Assembly: GCA_020829665.1 (NCBI GenBank)
Contig: JAIVFT010000026.1
Coordinates: 39,799 to 71,798, forward strand
From: Nostoc sp. CHAB 5824
Lineage (GTDB): Bacteria > Cyanobacteriota > Cyanobacteriia > Cyanobacteriales > Nostocaceae
Reading direction: 5' to 3'
Length of the DNA: 32,000 nucleotides
Below, piece after piece: positions 23,806 to 32,000 of this stretch. A program made the translations under genes and the position numbers. The notes under the pieces are model-generated. The model was not told where the DNA came from and ran no database searches. It saw only the letters and a program-made list of their open reading frames with translations. Each line of letters opens with the position of its first letter. The stretch's first letter is position 1.

Positions 23806-24348
23806 TCAGCCAGGGGTTCCTGAAAAACTCAACCAAACCAAGTACGAGATGGTTAAACCAATAGCAATTAGCGCCACCCAGATAAAGCGATTATCTCTGG
23901 TATTGACCTGACTGAGGTCAACTAATTCTGGCTCTGTAGGTTTAGGCTTCTGCTGCACAGAAGATTTAGTAGACTTAGCAGGTACAGAAATTTTGAGTTC
24001 ATTATCGGGTAGTGCGCCCAAATCGGGGATTTGGGTCATCCATTCGCTAGGTCTTTTCAGCTTTGGTGCTTTTAAGATGTAAAGCATCTGTCGCGCTTGT
24101 TTGCTAGTTTCAAAATGGGCATGGCGTTTAAGTCTTTCGCAAAGAGCGATCGCATCATCGGTGCGTCCAGCAGCTTCATAAGCTGTCACCAGATGAATTT
24201 CTACTTCGCCCCCAAGGCGAGAATTACGAGCTAACAGAGCGCTGGCCTTTTCTAAATTTTCTATGGCTTCGCGGTATTGCCCATTTTCAAAGGCAACTTT
24301 ACCAGCCTGGTAACGGGTTTTAGCAATTTCTAAACTTTCTGCACTCAC
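23806..24348 (-). CDS. TPR-like protein with a C-terminal membrane anchor
   Basis: 180 aa, GTG start. It has TPR-like helices (GQYREAIENLEKA..., AYEAAGRTDDAIALCERL) and a C-terminal hydrophobic segment (FIWVALIAIGLTISYLVWLSF). Confidence 0.6.
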   Translation of the reverse strand: MSAESLEIAKTRYQAGKVAFENGQYREAIENLEKASALLARNSRLGGEVEIHLVTAYEAAGRTDDAIALCERLKRHAHFETSKQARQMLYILKAPKLKRPSEWMTQIPDLGALPDNELKISVPAKSTKSSVQQKPKPTEPELVDLSQVNTRDNRFIWVALIAIGLTISYLVWLSFSGTPG

Positions 24349-24517
24349 GGCTTATATACAAATTAGCACTGTTTTAATTTTGCCAATGCCAGCAATCTTT
24401 TTGGAATCTTTTCAAAAGCTGACAATCTGAAAGTGAATAAACTTCTAAAATTTTAACTAAGTAGGTGCGACTATTTTCTGATTAGAAATTCCGGTATTAA
24501 ATGCAGGTGAGCAAAAT

Positions 24518-24928
24518 ATGTTGAAAATCAAACATTCGCAACTTAATTGGCTCTTAGCAGGCATGACTTTAGCAGTGATGGGTGTAACCATTGCTCCAGC
24601 TTCTGCCCAGCGTGTGATCGTGATTGATGGAGGTTATGGAGTCAGGCAATCGCCTGCTGTAGGTTCCTTTATTTATGGTAGTCCGATTCCCACACCTATG
24701 CCTGTAAACCCAGCAACGGGACTAATGCCACAACGCAATAATTACCCCGATTATTACTATCCCCAGGTAAGGCAGAGAGTGAGAAATTCCACCCTGATTA
24801 ATCCAACTTTGATTAATCCGACAATTCGAGACTCAACCGTAGTTAATCCGGTGATTATAAATAATTCATGGCGTCGTACACCATTTAGCGGTGGGCGATC
24901 GCGGGTTATTATTACCTCTCCCTGGTAG
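24518..24928 (+). CDS. Secreted hypothetical protein
   Basis: 136 aa. It has a signal peptide ending in APASAQ and a low-complexity NSTLINPTLINPTIRDSTVVNPVIINN segment. Confidence 0.5.
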   Translation: MLKIKHSQLNWLLAGMTLAVMGVTIAPASAQRVIVIDGGYGVRQSPAVGSFIYGSPIPTPMPVNPATGLMPQRNNYPDYYYPQVRQRVRNSTLINPTLINPTIRDSTVVNPVIINNSWRRTPFSGGRSRVIITSPW

Positions 24929-25051
24929 GGAAGGCAGGGGGAGCAGGGGAGGTGAATATCAAAGACTCATTCACGAGTAAAAAACGAATTTTAATTTACA
25001 CAAAATTACAGTTACAAATCATTTTCCTCTATCTCCCCTTCCTCTCTTCCT

Positions 25052-25948
25052 CTAGAAGGTAAACTGTGAACCGAGAATCATTGTCCCGATCCCAACGTCA
25101 GTAAAGATTTCTAGTAACAGGGCGTGGGGAATGCGACCATCAATGATATGTGCTGCACGGACTCCTTGAGCAAGCGATCGCACACAGCAATTCACTTTGG
25201 GAATCATCCCACCACTGACTATACCATTAGCAATCAACTGGCGGGCTTCGCGGATATCTACTTTTGGAATCAAAGTAGATTGGTCTTTGTAATCTTTTAA
25301 AATTCCACTGGTGTCGGTCAGTAAAATTAACTTTTCTGCTCCTAGTGCAGCAGCAATTTCTCCAGCTACAGTATCAGCGTTAATGTTATAAGCTTGTCCC
25401 GTTTCGTCTGCGGCGACGCTGGACACGACCGGAATATAACCATTGCTAGCGAGAGTTTCCAAAATCTTGATATTCACATTGCTGACTTCCCCCACAAAGC
25501 CGATGCCTTCTTGACCTTGGGAACGGGCTGTAAATAGATTACCGTCTTTACCGCAAAGTCCTACAGCCAATCCACCAGCTTGGTTAATCAGGGAGACAAT
25601 TTCTTTATTGACTCGACCAACTAAAACCATTTCCACCACATCCATTGTGGGGGCATCGGTAACTCGCAGACCATTTTTAAACTGCGGTTCGATGCCCAGT
25701 TTATCTAACCAACTGTTAATTTCTGGTCCACCGCCGTGTACTACAATTGGACGCAAGCCCACGCAGGATAAGAATACAATGTCGCGGATAACTTTGTCTT
25801 TAAGTGTGCTATCTTTCATCGCTGCGCCACCATATTTGACAACAACAGTGCGACCGGCAAATTGTTGAATATAAGGTAGTGCTTCGCTTAGTACACGCAC
25901 ACGAGTGGCTTCATCTTGCCTGATGTATTCAGAATCATTGACCGTCAT
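25052..25948 (-). CDS. argB: Acetylglutamate kinase
   Basis: 298 aa. [38 protein letters not shown]. Confidence 0.96.
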   Translation of the reverse strand: MTVNDSEYIRQDEATRVRVLSEALPYIQQFAGRTVVVKYGGAAMKDSTLKDKVIRDIVFLSCVGLRPIVVHGGGPEINSWLDKLGIEPQFKNGLRVTDAPTMDVVEMVLVGRVNKEIVSLINQAGGLAVGLCGKDGNLFTARSQGQEGIGFVGEVSNVNIKILETLASNGYIPVVSSVAADETGQAYNINADTVAGEIAAALGAEKLILLTDTSGILKDYKDQSTLIPKVDIREARQLIANGIVSGGMIPKVNCCVRSLAQGVRAAHIIDGRIPHALLLEIFTDVGIGTMILGSQFTF

Positions 25949-26049
25949 GAGGAGCCTAACAGAGAGAGTTAAAACCTATTTCAGTCAGTGTAGAAGACTT
26001 TGTAACTCCTCACAATCTCTGATGCTAAAGTTGAGTATGTTTGTACTGA

Positions 26050-26430
26050 TTATTCATAGCTGTTTGGTTCAGTGACGAGTTCACCATCTGGCATAACCGT
26101 ATTGTAGAAATAAGCCCCATAGATTTCTGCGCCAAGCCAATTAACTTCCAATAAATTTGCATTTTCAAAATTGACACCCTCCATACGAGTGACTCTCAAA
26201 TCAGCACCACGTAAATCAGCACCGCTCAGATTAGCGTCTCTTAAATCAGCACCCCCTAACTTAGTTTTACAGAGGATCGCCCCACTAAAATCAGCACTAC
26301 TGAGATTAATGCCAGACAAGTCAACTTCGCTTAGGTCTGCACCACTGAGATCGACTCCTGCAAAATCATTTTCCCCTGCATCTAAACGACTGAAAAATTC
26401 TTCAAGATCCATTGAATTCTTTGGTGACAC
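26050..26430 (-). CDS. Pentapeptide repeat protein
   Basis: A(D/N)LSGADL-type pentapeptide periodicity runs through most of the 126 aa. Confidence 0.9.
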   Translation of the reverse strand: MSPKNSMDLEEFFSRLDAGENDFAGVDLSGADLSEVDLSGINLSSADFSGAILCKTKLGGADLRDANLSGADLRGADLRVTRMEGVNFENANLLEVNWLGAEIYGAYFYNTVMPDGELVTEPNSYE

Positions 26431-26621
26431 AGCAGTAAAACTTCAAGCTTTAGAGTCAATCACACATATTTGTGGGATAGATGAGACAGGCTAGAGCGAA
26501 ATGGTGCGTTACTTTGTTAACGCACTCTACAAATTAACTATTCCCACATTGCCTGACACAATAAGCAAATGATCGCTCCTTCAAACCTCTAAAATTGAAA
26601 TCATTCGGCTGAAGCTATGGA

Positions 26622-27230
26622 ATGAAAATGACCACGCTGCTAATCCAAACTGAAAGCACACCCCTAAAGGTAAATTTACCCTCCCTTGTGCAGATGACAA
26701 ATGAGCAGTTTTACGAATTTTGTCAAGCCAATGGAGATTTGCGAATTGAGCGCACTGCTAATGGGGAAGTTATCATCATGCCACCAGCTTTTTCAGATAC
26801 GGGCAACCGTAACTTTAACATTGCTGCACAGCTTGGGAATTGGACTGAACAAGATGGCACTGGCATAGGCTTTGACTCTAGTACAGGTTTTACACTACCC
26901 AATGGAGCAATGCGTTCCCCTGATGCTTCTTGGATTGAACTGGAGCGCTGGAATACCTTAACAGATGCACAAAAAGCTTCATTTGCACCAATTTGTCCTA
27001 GCTTTGTGATTGAGTTACGCTCCTCTAGTGATCGCTTGATAAAATTACAGGAGAAAATGCAGGAGTACATCGATAACGGTGCATCACTAGGCTGGTTAAT
27101 TGATCGGCAAAATAGAAAAGTCTACATTTACCGTCCGAATCGAGAAGTTGAAATTTTGGATAATCCCGAAGCAGTTAGTGGCAATCTAGAATTACCAGGG
27201 TTTATCCTACGGATGGGCAAAATTTGGTAA
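26622..27230 (+). CDS. Uma2 family (DUF820) endonuclease
   Basis: 202 aa. F..F......R.E....GE.I.M.P, SPDASWI and PSFVIELRSSSD......KM.EYI.NG..LGWLID. Confidence 0.85.
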   Translation: MKMTTLLIQTESTPLKVNLPSLVQMTNEQFYEFCQANGDLRIERTANGEVIIMPPAFSDTGNRNFNIAAQLGNWTEQDGTGIGFDSSTGFTLPNGAMRSPDASWIELERWNTLTDAQKASFAPICPSFVIELRSSSDRLIKLQEKMQEYIDNGASLGWLIDRQNRKVYIYRPNREVEILDNPEAVSGNLELPGFILRMGKIW

Positions 27231-27241
27231 TTTGAGTCTTC

Positions 27242-27333
27242 CTAATGAGAAACTTGTGTTTTGAGAACGTTAGCAATTGCCTCAAGTATTCGCTGAGAGT
27301 AAAGTGATGTTCGTTGTTCGAGGAGCGATCGCA
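27242..27333 (-). pseudogene. Orphan fragment of the aroK 3' end with a 54-bp in-frame internal deletion
   Basis: 27242-27294 aligns to 31551-31603 and 27295-27333 aligns to 31658-31696, with a few mismatches. It would encode RSLLEQRTSLYSQ|RILEAIANVLKTQVSH*. It ends on the HIP1 site gcgatcgc and directly abuts the xisI stop codon (27334). Confidence 0.8.
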
Positions 27334-27669
27334 TTACGCTACGCCATAATCTGTATACTGACGCTTGTATGGAGCTTGCAAACCCAAGACAATATCCTCT
27401 CGTGGTACTCCCATCATCACTAATTCCTCTGCCGGATTGCGATCGGTTAAATTCTGTTGCAGCCAGATTTTGCCATCTTTAATATCAAAATGCATCACGC
27501 ATCGATAAATACGATTAAATCCTTGCCAACCGACATTCATCCATTGATAATGATTGCGTTCTGTGTCTAAAATGAGTTGGACTTCGACATTGTTATCCGA
27601 GACATCATCACTGGCATAGTTCGTCAACAATGTTTTAACATATTCTTGATATTTTGCTAGTTTATCCAC
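27334..27669 (-). CDS. xisI: XisI family protein
   Basis: 111 aa. Y.EYVK.LL..YA, W.NVGW, DIKDGKIW.Q.N and EDIVLG are typical of XisI. Confidence 0.85.
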   Translation of the reverse strand: MDKLAKYQEYVKTLLTNYASDDVSDNNVEVQLILDTERNHYQWMNVGWQGFNRIYRCVMHFDIKDGKIWLQQNLTDRNPAEELVMMGVPREDIVLGLQAPYKRQYTDYGVA

Positions 27670-28073
27670 TCTACAATCACCTCATCTACTAGATTGTAAA
27701 CAATTAATAGCACCTGGTACTGTTTGAGCGCAGTTTGAGTAAACTCCAGTTGGAAAAATGTTTTGTACGTATCCAATGGAACTGCTAAGTATAAGACTCG
27801 CTCTGGTTCATATCCTGCTAATGCTAGACGGTAAGTAAGAAATTGTCCCAAAGCAGAGTAAAAATCTGTAATGGCCGAGGGATTTAAAAAGCTTTTGATT
27901 TCAATTGCTATTTTTTCATTTCCTTTTTCTACGGCAATTATTTTCTCTACGCCTAAATCAATTTGGAAGTTTACTTACCCAAATTTAAACTTTAATGGAT
28001 CGCTCGTAATTATCTATTGTTCTTTTTGCAAAGCTTTTTTAACTGATTCATAAAAAATATCTTTTGCAGACAC
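27657..28073 (-). pseudogene. xisH: XisH family gene with two in-frame stops (TAG at 28016-28014, TAA at 27977-27975)
   Basis: Translation from the GTG at 28073 gives VSAKDIFYESVKKALQKEQ*IITSDPLKFKFG*VNFQIDLGVEKIIAVEKGNEKIAIEIKSFLNPSAITDFYSALGQFLTYR..., continuous with the track ORF 27657-27851. The total of 139 codons is typical XisH length, and the first stop sits where the conserved W of KDGW is expected. Confidence 0.8.
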
Positions 28074-28207
28074 AGTTAGAAAAAATATTCTTTTCCGATT
28101 TGATATTCCCCATGTTAATATGCTTTGGCATATTGCACTAAATAGATTTGCAAAATTATGTAGGTTGGGTGCAGCATTAGCGGAACCCAACATTATTTAA
28201 TGTCGAG

Positions 28208-28345
28208 TTGGCATTTCATTTGCACCTGATTTGTCCCAGCTTTGTGATTGAGTTATGCTCCTGGTGCCGCAGCTACGCCCGTCGTAGACATCGCCTGATA
28301 AAATTACAAGACAAAATGCCGGAGTACTGGTTTGATAATGCTATG
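28208..28345 (+). pseudogene. Uma2-family gene remnant, truncated at both ends, with a 21-nt net insertion
   Basis: ttcatttgcacc.gatttgtcc.agctttgtgattgagtta.gctcc ... ctgataaaattaca.ga.aaaatgc.ggagtac aligns to 26978-27070 of the intact Uma2 gene. The inserted segment tggtgccgcagctacgcccgtcgtagacatcgc replaces tctagtgatcgc. The remnant is cut off by the histidine kinase 3' end. Confidence 0.7.
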
Positions 28346-30095
28346 CCGCTTTCACTTGAGATACAGCCTGTTGAACTGGAATTTCAATGATGAACTCTGT
28401 GCCATTGCCTGGACTAGAAACACAATTCAGAGTGCCATGATGCTTATCAACAATCACTTGACGAGCGATCGCCAAGCCTAATCCAGTTCCTTTGCCAACT
28501 CCTTTGGTGGTAAACAAATGCTCAAATATCTTTTGCTTGACATCATCTGTCATGCCAATTCCATTGTCTTTAATTCGGACAGTGACTGATTGTTCATCCT
28601 CTGTCAACCCCGTTTTGATCGTAATTTGATTTGGATGTTGTTTAAGATATTCAGAACTTTGCCTTTGATTCGATTCTTCCAGAGCATCGATCGCATTTGC
28701 CAAAATATTCATGAACACTTGATTAAGCTGTCCAGAAAAACAAGTGATCGCAGGAATCTTGTCGTATAATCGTACGACCTCAATCGCTGGACGTAGCTCA
28801 TTGGCTTTCAGGCGATATTTGAGGATGAGTAGGGTACTATCCAGTCCTTGATACAAATTAAATTGCACCGGATGCTCTGTGTCCGAGCGAGAAAACGTCC
28901 GCAAGCTGGTGCTGATATCCCCAATCCGATCTGTTGCCCCTTTCATAGACAGAATCAGTTTCGGCAAATCTTCAGCTAAAAACTCCAGGTCAATCTCCTC
29001 TGCATGGTCTTGAATATTGGATGAGGGATGAGGATAGGCTTGTTGATAGTGGTGCAAATGATTCAGCAAATCTTGGATGTATTCAGTTGCGTTACTGAGG
29101 CTACCCTTGAGAAAACCGACTGGATTGTTGATTTCGTGGGCAACGCCAGCCACCAGATTGCCCAAAGCAGACATTTTTTCACTTTGAATTATTTGCATTT
29201 GAACTTGCTGCAAGTCTTGGATTGCTTTCTGTAAATCTTGAGCTTGCTGCCGTAATTGCGCTTCTGATGCCAGTAAAGCAGCTTCTGCTTGTTTGCGCTG
29301 TACAACTTCTTGTTCAAGTTGCTGGTATGCCTCTACTCGTGTAGCAGCCGCTTGAATCGTATGGGCAAGAAATTGGATTTCGTTATCTGGCAATCCACTG
29401 GGCATAACAAAATGGTCAATGCTTTGACTGTCGGTGACAGCTTTATTCAAACGTTGGAGGGGATGTAAGACCGATCGCTGAATCATCACCGTCATCAGTG
29501 CCAGAATCGCTGACATCCCAACGAGTAGGGTAAAGGTAGAGGTAGAGAAGGTTTTCCACGCTTGCTGTTGTAGTTCTTCGACATCGAGAATGGCGATCGT
29601 CATTCCGCGTCGGTTTGCCTGACCAAACAGGGTGCTGCTAAAGGGCAAAATTTCTACTAATGTGGCCTTACCATTGATCGTGGTTCTTAAACTTGTTTCT
29701 GAACCCGTCTGAGAAGCCTGTTCTAATACTTGAGTCAATTCTGGATGAATTGAAGCATAAGGCGGATTTTGTAATGCGGCTCCACTCCGAGCCAGGGTTT
29801 GTCCATTGGGACTGACGATCGCCACCTCTACGACCGTTGGCAGTGTAGCGTAGTTTTGTACCACTCGCTTAATAATGCTCGTATTCCCTAGTTCGATTAA
29901 TCCTTCCGTGGAAAACCCGACCCCCTGGGTAATCGATTGGGCACGTTGTTCTAGTTCTTGCTCTAGCCTTGATTGAATCAAGAAGTAGTTCAATCCCAAC
30001 GTGGTTAAGCCGACCGTTGCTAGAGAAATACCAAAACCCATCAGTAGTTGATAAGATAAGTGACTTTTGGATGACTTCTGGCTCATGACTTCCAT
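28341..30095 (-). CDS. Sensor histidine kinase (two TM segments, periplasmic domain, coiled coil, HisKA-like domain and HATPase_c)
   Basis: H-box GVAHEINNPVGF, N-box FMNILANAIDA, and G-boxes DNGIGM and GTGLGLAI. An alternative start at 30086 (MSQKSS) gives an ATGA overlap with the upstream stop. Confidence 0.9.
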   Translation of the reverse strand: MEVMSQKSSKSHLSYQLLMGFGISLATVGLTTLGLNYFLIQSRLEQELEQRAQSITQGVGFSTEGLIELGNTSIIKRVVQNYATLPTVVEVAIVSPNGQTLARSGAALQNPPYASIHPELTQVLEQASQTGSETSLRTTINGKATLVEILPFSSTLFGQANRRGMTIAILDVEELQQQAWKTFSTSTFTLLVGMSAILALMTVMIQRSVLHPLQRLNKAVTDSQSIDHFVMPSGLPDNEIQFLAHTIQAAATRVEAYQQLEQEVVQRKQAEAALLASEAQLRQQAQDLQKAIQDLQQVQMQIIQSEKMSALGNLVAGVAHEINNPVGFLKGSLSNATEYIQDLLNHLHHYQQAYPHPSSNIQDHAEEIDLEFLAEDLPKLILSMKGATDRIGDISTSLRTFSRSDTEHPVQFNLYQGLDSTLLILKYRLKANELRPAIEVVRLYDKIPAITCFSGQLNQVFMNILANAIDALEESNQRQSSEYLKQHPNQITIKTGLTEDEQSVTVRIKDNGIGMTDDVKQKIFEHLFTTKGVGKGTGLGLAIARQVIVDKHHGTLNCVSSPGNGTEFIIEIPVQQAVSQVKAA

Positions 30096-31141
30096 CCTGC
30101 CATTGCTTCATTGATAACGGCTGGATCAATCTCTACGTCTTGCCGAATCACCCGACCATGACGCGGATCTGCTTGGAGAAGTTGGACAATTTCTGCCTTT
30201 GCTGAATTGAGACGACCATCTGCTGCAAACATCCGCTTGTTCAAAGTAATATCTCCTTTTTTTAGCCCAGCATAATCACTGGCAAAAGACTCACTACTTT
30301 GTCCCAGTTTTTTTCCAACTGCGTTAAATACTTCTGTCGGCTGGGTTTCAACTGCGTGCATCACATCAAACCATGCCAGCATGAATTGCTTTAGTTCCGC
30401 TTTTTTAGCTTTCATTATGTTGTTACTGGACATTAAGATATCAATCACCAGACTGTCTACTTGCTTTGTGGTATGAATCACATTGCCCTTAATGCTCTTC
30501 GCTATTTCTCCTAGCATCGGTTCCCATAGCACAGCAGCATCGATCTCACCTGTCCCAATTTTCTGGGCTGCTACTTCATTGGAGTAATCTAAAATCTGAA
30601 CTTCAGAGGGTTTGATTTGATGGGCTTTCAGAGCTTCCAGCAAAATTAAATGGTTGACGGTTCCTAACTTTGCTCCTACTCGTTTAGCACGCAGGTCTTG
30701 CAGCGATTTAATTGCTGTCTTGGCAACAATCCCGTCAGCTCCAGCAGAAATATTTGTTATGATTAACACCACGGGTTTACCATTGCCCGGATCAACCTGC
30801 ATCACGTCCCAGAGGGAAGCAAATGCTGCATCTAATCTTCCTTGCATAACAGCCCGACTGGAATCTTGCTGGTTATCGAATCGCACAAACTCAACCTCTA
30901 GCCCCCGCTGCTTGAAGATATCTGAGGATTGGGCATAGAGTGCAATGTCAAATCCCACCCAGCTTGTAATTCCGACCCGGAGCTGTTTGAGAGATTGGTT
31001 TTGCCCAAGACTACAGGCATTGATCACAAACGTAAGGGAAAGGGCGATCGCAAACAAACAGAAAAAGGCAGGCTTGATACCTAACCTCAAATTTTGCTTC
31101 CACCAGATACTTAATGTGTCAATAATCTGGGCAACTTTCAT
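30083..31141 (-). CDS. ABC-type substrate-binding protein (NMT1/TauA/SsuA-NrtA-like), N-terminally anchored
   Basis: 352 aa. It has an N-terminal hydrophobic segment with a Cys (FVINAC), and the pattern LRVG...W.G......A....IF...GL.VE.V.F. Confidence 0.8.
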   Translation of the reverse strand: MKVAQIIDTLSIWWKQNLRLGIKPAFFCLFAIALSLTFVINACSLGQNQSLKQLRVGITSWVGFDIALYAQSSDIFKQRGLEVEFVRFDNQQDSSRAVMQGRLDAAFASLWDVMQVDPGNGKPVVLIITNISAGADGIVAKTAIKSLQDLRAKRVGAKLGTVNHLILLEALKAHQIKPSEVQILDYSNEVAAQKIGTGEIDAAVLWEPMLGEIAKSIKGNVIHTTKQVDSLVIDILMSSNNIMKAKKAELKQFMLAWFDVMHAVETQPTEVFNAVGKKLGQSSESFASDYAGLKKGDITLNKRMFAADGRLNSAKAEIVQLLQADPRHGRVIRQDVEIDPAVINEAMAGWKS

Positions 31142-31550
31142 GACTTACCAATCTAATTTTTGGGAAAACTGTACTCAACGTTAAGAGTTCCCAAAAATAT
31201 AGTGGGTGTAACATTTTAATGGAAAAACGTTCAAAAAAGCTGCTGGAATAAGTGCAAGATGTTATCCAGATCAAGCATTCTCTAAAAAAACTCTATGAAC
31301 AAGCCTAAAGAATAAATCTCAAATATCTTACAAGAAATTCGCTCTCAAACAAGTTGTTAAGCTGTCGCGCATTTAACTTGCACATCTTTTCGTGTTGGCT
31401 GTTAACAGTTAACCGTCAGCCGTCAACAAACTTAGGAAGTGACTGTGTAATTTAAAAGCGTAATAGCTTAGTTGATTGACACTGCCTCGACTGGAAAAAT
31501 TTAGTTTGATACTAAATTCGTGTGAAGCCATCATATATTTCTGCCAGCCT

Positions 31551-32000
31551 CTAATGAGAAGCTTGTGGTTTAAGAACGCTAGGAATTGCCTCGAGTATTC
31601 GCTTGGCAATGTCTTCAGGCATATCTCCCTCTCCCACGGTGATGTGCAAATCGGCTTGAGAGTAAAGTGGTGTTCGTTGTTCGAGGAGCGATCGCAATTT
31701 ACCTTTGGGATCAACATCTTGCAGTAGTGGTCTTGTGGTATCCTCAGCTAAACGGCTGTAAATGAGTTCAACTGGCGCATCTAGCCACACTATCAAACCG
31801 TGGTGCAGGTAACCCCAATTTTCTCGCCGCAGTACAATGCCTCCACCAGTTGCTATAGTCAACTTTGTAATAGCACAAACTTGTGAAAGCACGTCGCTTT
31901 CTAATTGGCGAAACCCTGCTTCACCAACTTCTGCAAATAACTGATTGATAGATTTACCTGTTACTTGGGCAATGACATTATCGGTATCGACAAACCTATA
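31551..32000 (-). CDS. aroK: Shikimate kinase; partial, the N-terminus lies beyond the window end
   Basis: The frame is open from 32000. My translation reads ...YRFVDTDNVIAQVTGKSINQLFAEVGEAGFRQLESDVLSQVCAITKLTIATGGGIVLRRENWGYLHHGLIVWLD...PLLQ, which fits the AroK pattern. Confidence 0.9.
   Translation of the reverse strand, partial: YRFVDTDNVIAQVTGKSINQLFAEVGEAGFRQLESDVLSQVCAITKLTIATGGGIVLRRENWGYLHHGLIVWLDAPVELIYSRLAEDTTRPLLQDVDPKGKLRSLLEQRTPLYSQADLHITVGEGDMPEDIAKRILEAIPSVLKPQASH

Noticed and set aside
26171-26494. Track ORF 26171-26494 (+)
   Set aside because: It is antisense to the pentapeptide-repeat gene, and the repetitive SAPLRS translation is a mirror artefact.
28208-28390. Track ORF 28208-28390 as a real 60-aa gene
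   Set aside because: It is an internal fragment of a Uma2-type gene, interrupted by a repeat insert and overlapping the histidine kinase 3' end. I annotated it as a remnant instead.
31409-31727. Track ORFs 31409-31717 (reverse strand) and 31476-31727 (+)
   Set aside because: They overlap the aroK 3' end in other frames, have no features, and the aroK frame is clearly the coding one.

Overview
This is a chromosomal window from a filamentous, Nostocales-type cyanobacterium. The assignment rests on at least ~35 copies (counted by eye) of the HIP1 octamer GCGATCGC, on STRR-type short tandem repeats at gene ends, and on XisH/XisI, Uma2 and pentapeptide-repeat genes. Housekeeping genes dominate: acs, ndk, speA, scpA, pdxH, pyrE, argB, aroK, a TerC-family protein, an AI-2E transporter and a sugar nucleotidyltransferase. 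An accessory island of about 8.5 kb (roughly 3.9-12.2 kb) interrupts them. It holds two tandem PD-(D/E)xK/Uma2 nucleases, an uncharacterised two-gene operon, a RelE-type toxin-antitoxin operon with an extra unlisted 58-aa ORF, a start-codon-less ParD-like gene, MITE-like palindromes and a 21-bp tandem array. The strongest candidate system is at 7885-10445. A small protein with a hydrophobic N-terminal helix ends in a 24-aa G/Q/N/V-rich motif. The same motif (20/24 identical) opens the adjacent NB-ARC/TPR (NLR-like) protein. This matches the Bell/BASS-NLR amyloid-signalling cell-death architecture. The second notable pattern concerns the two xisI-xisH cassettes. Each abuts an orphan 3'-end fragment of a housekeeping gene (acs, aroK), each junction falls on a HIP1 site, and both xisH copies carry in-frame stop codons while xisI is intact. 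I recognised no rRNA, tRNA or CRISPR array. All calls come from reading the translations and the sequence by eye; no database search was run.
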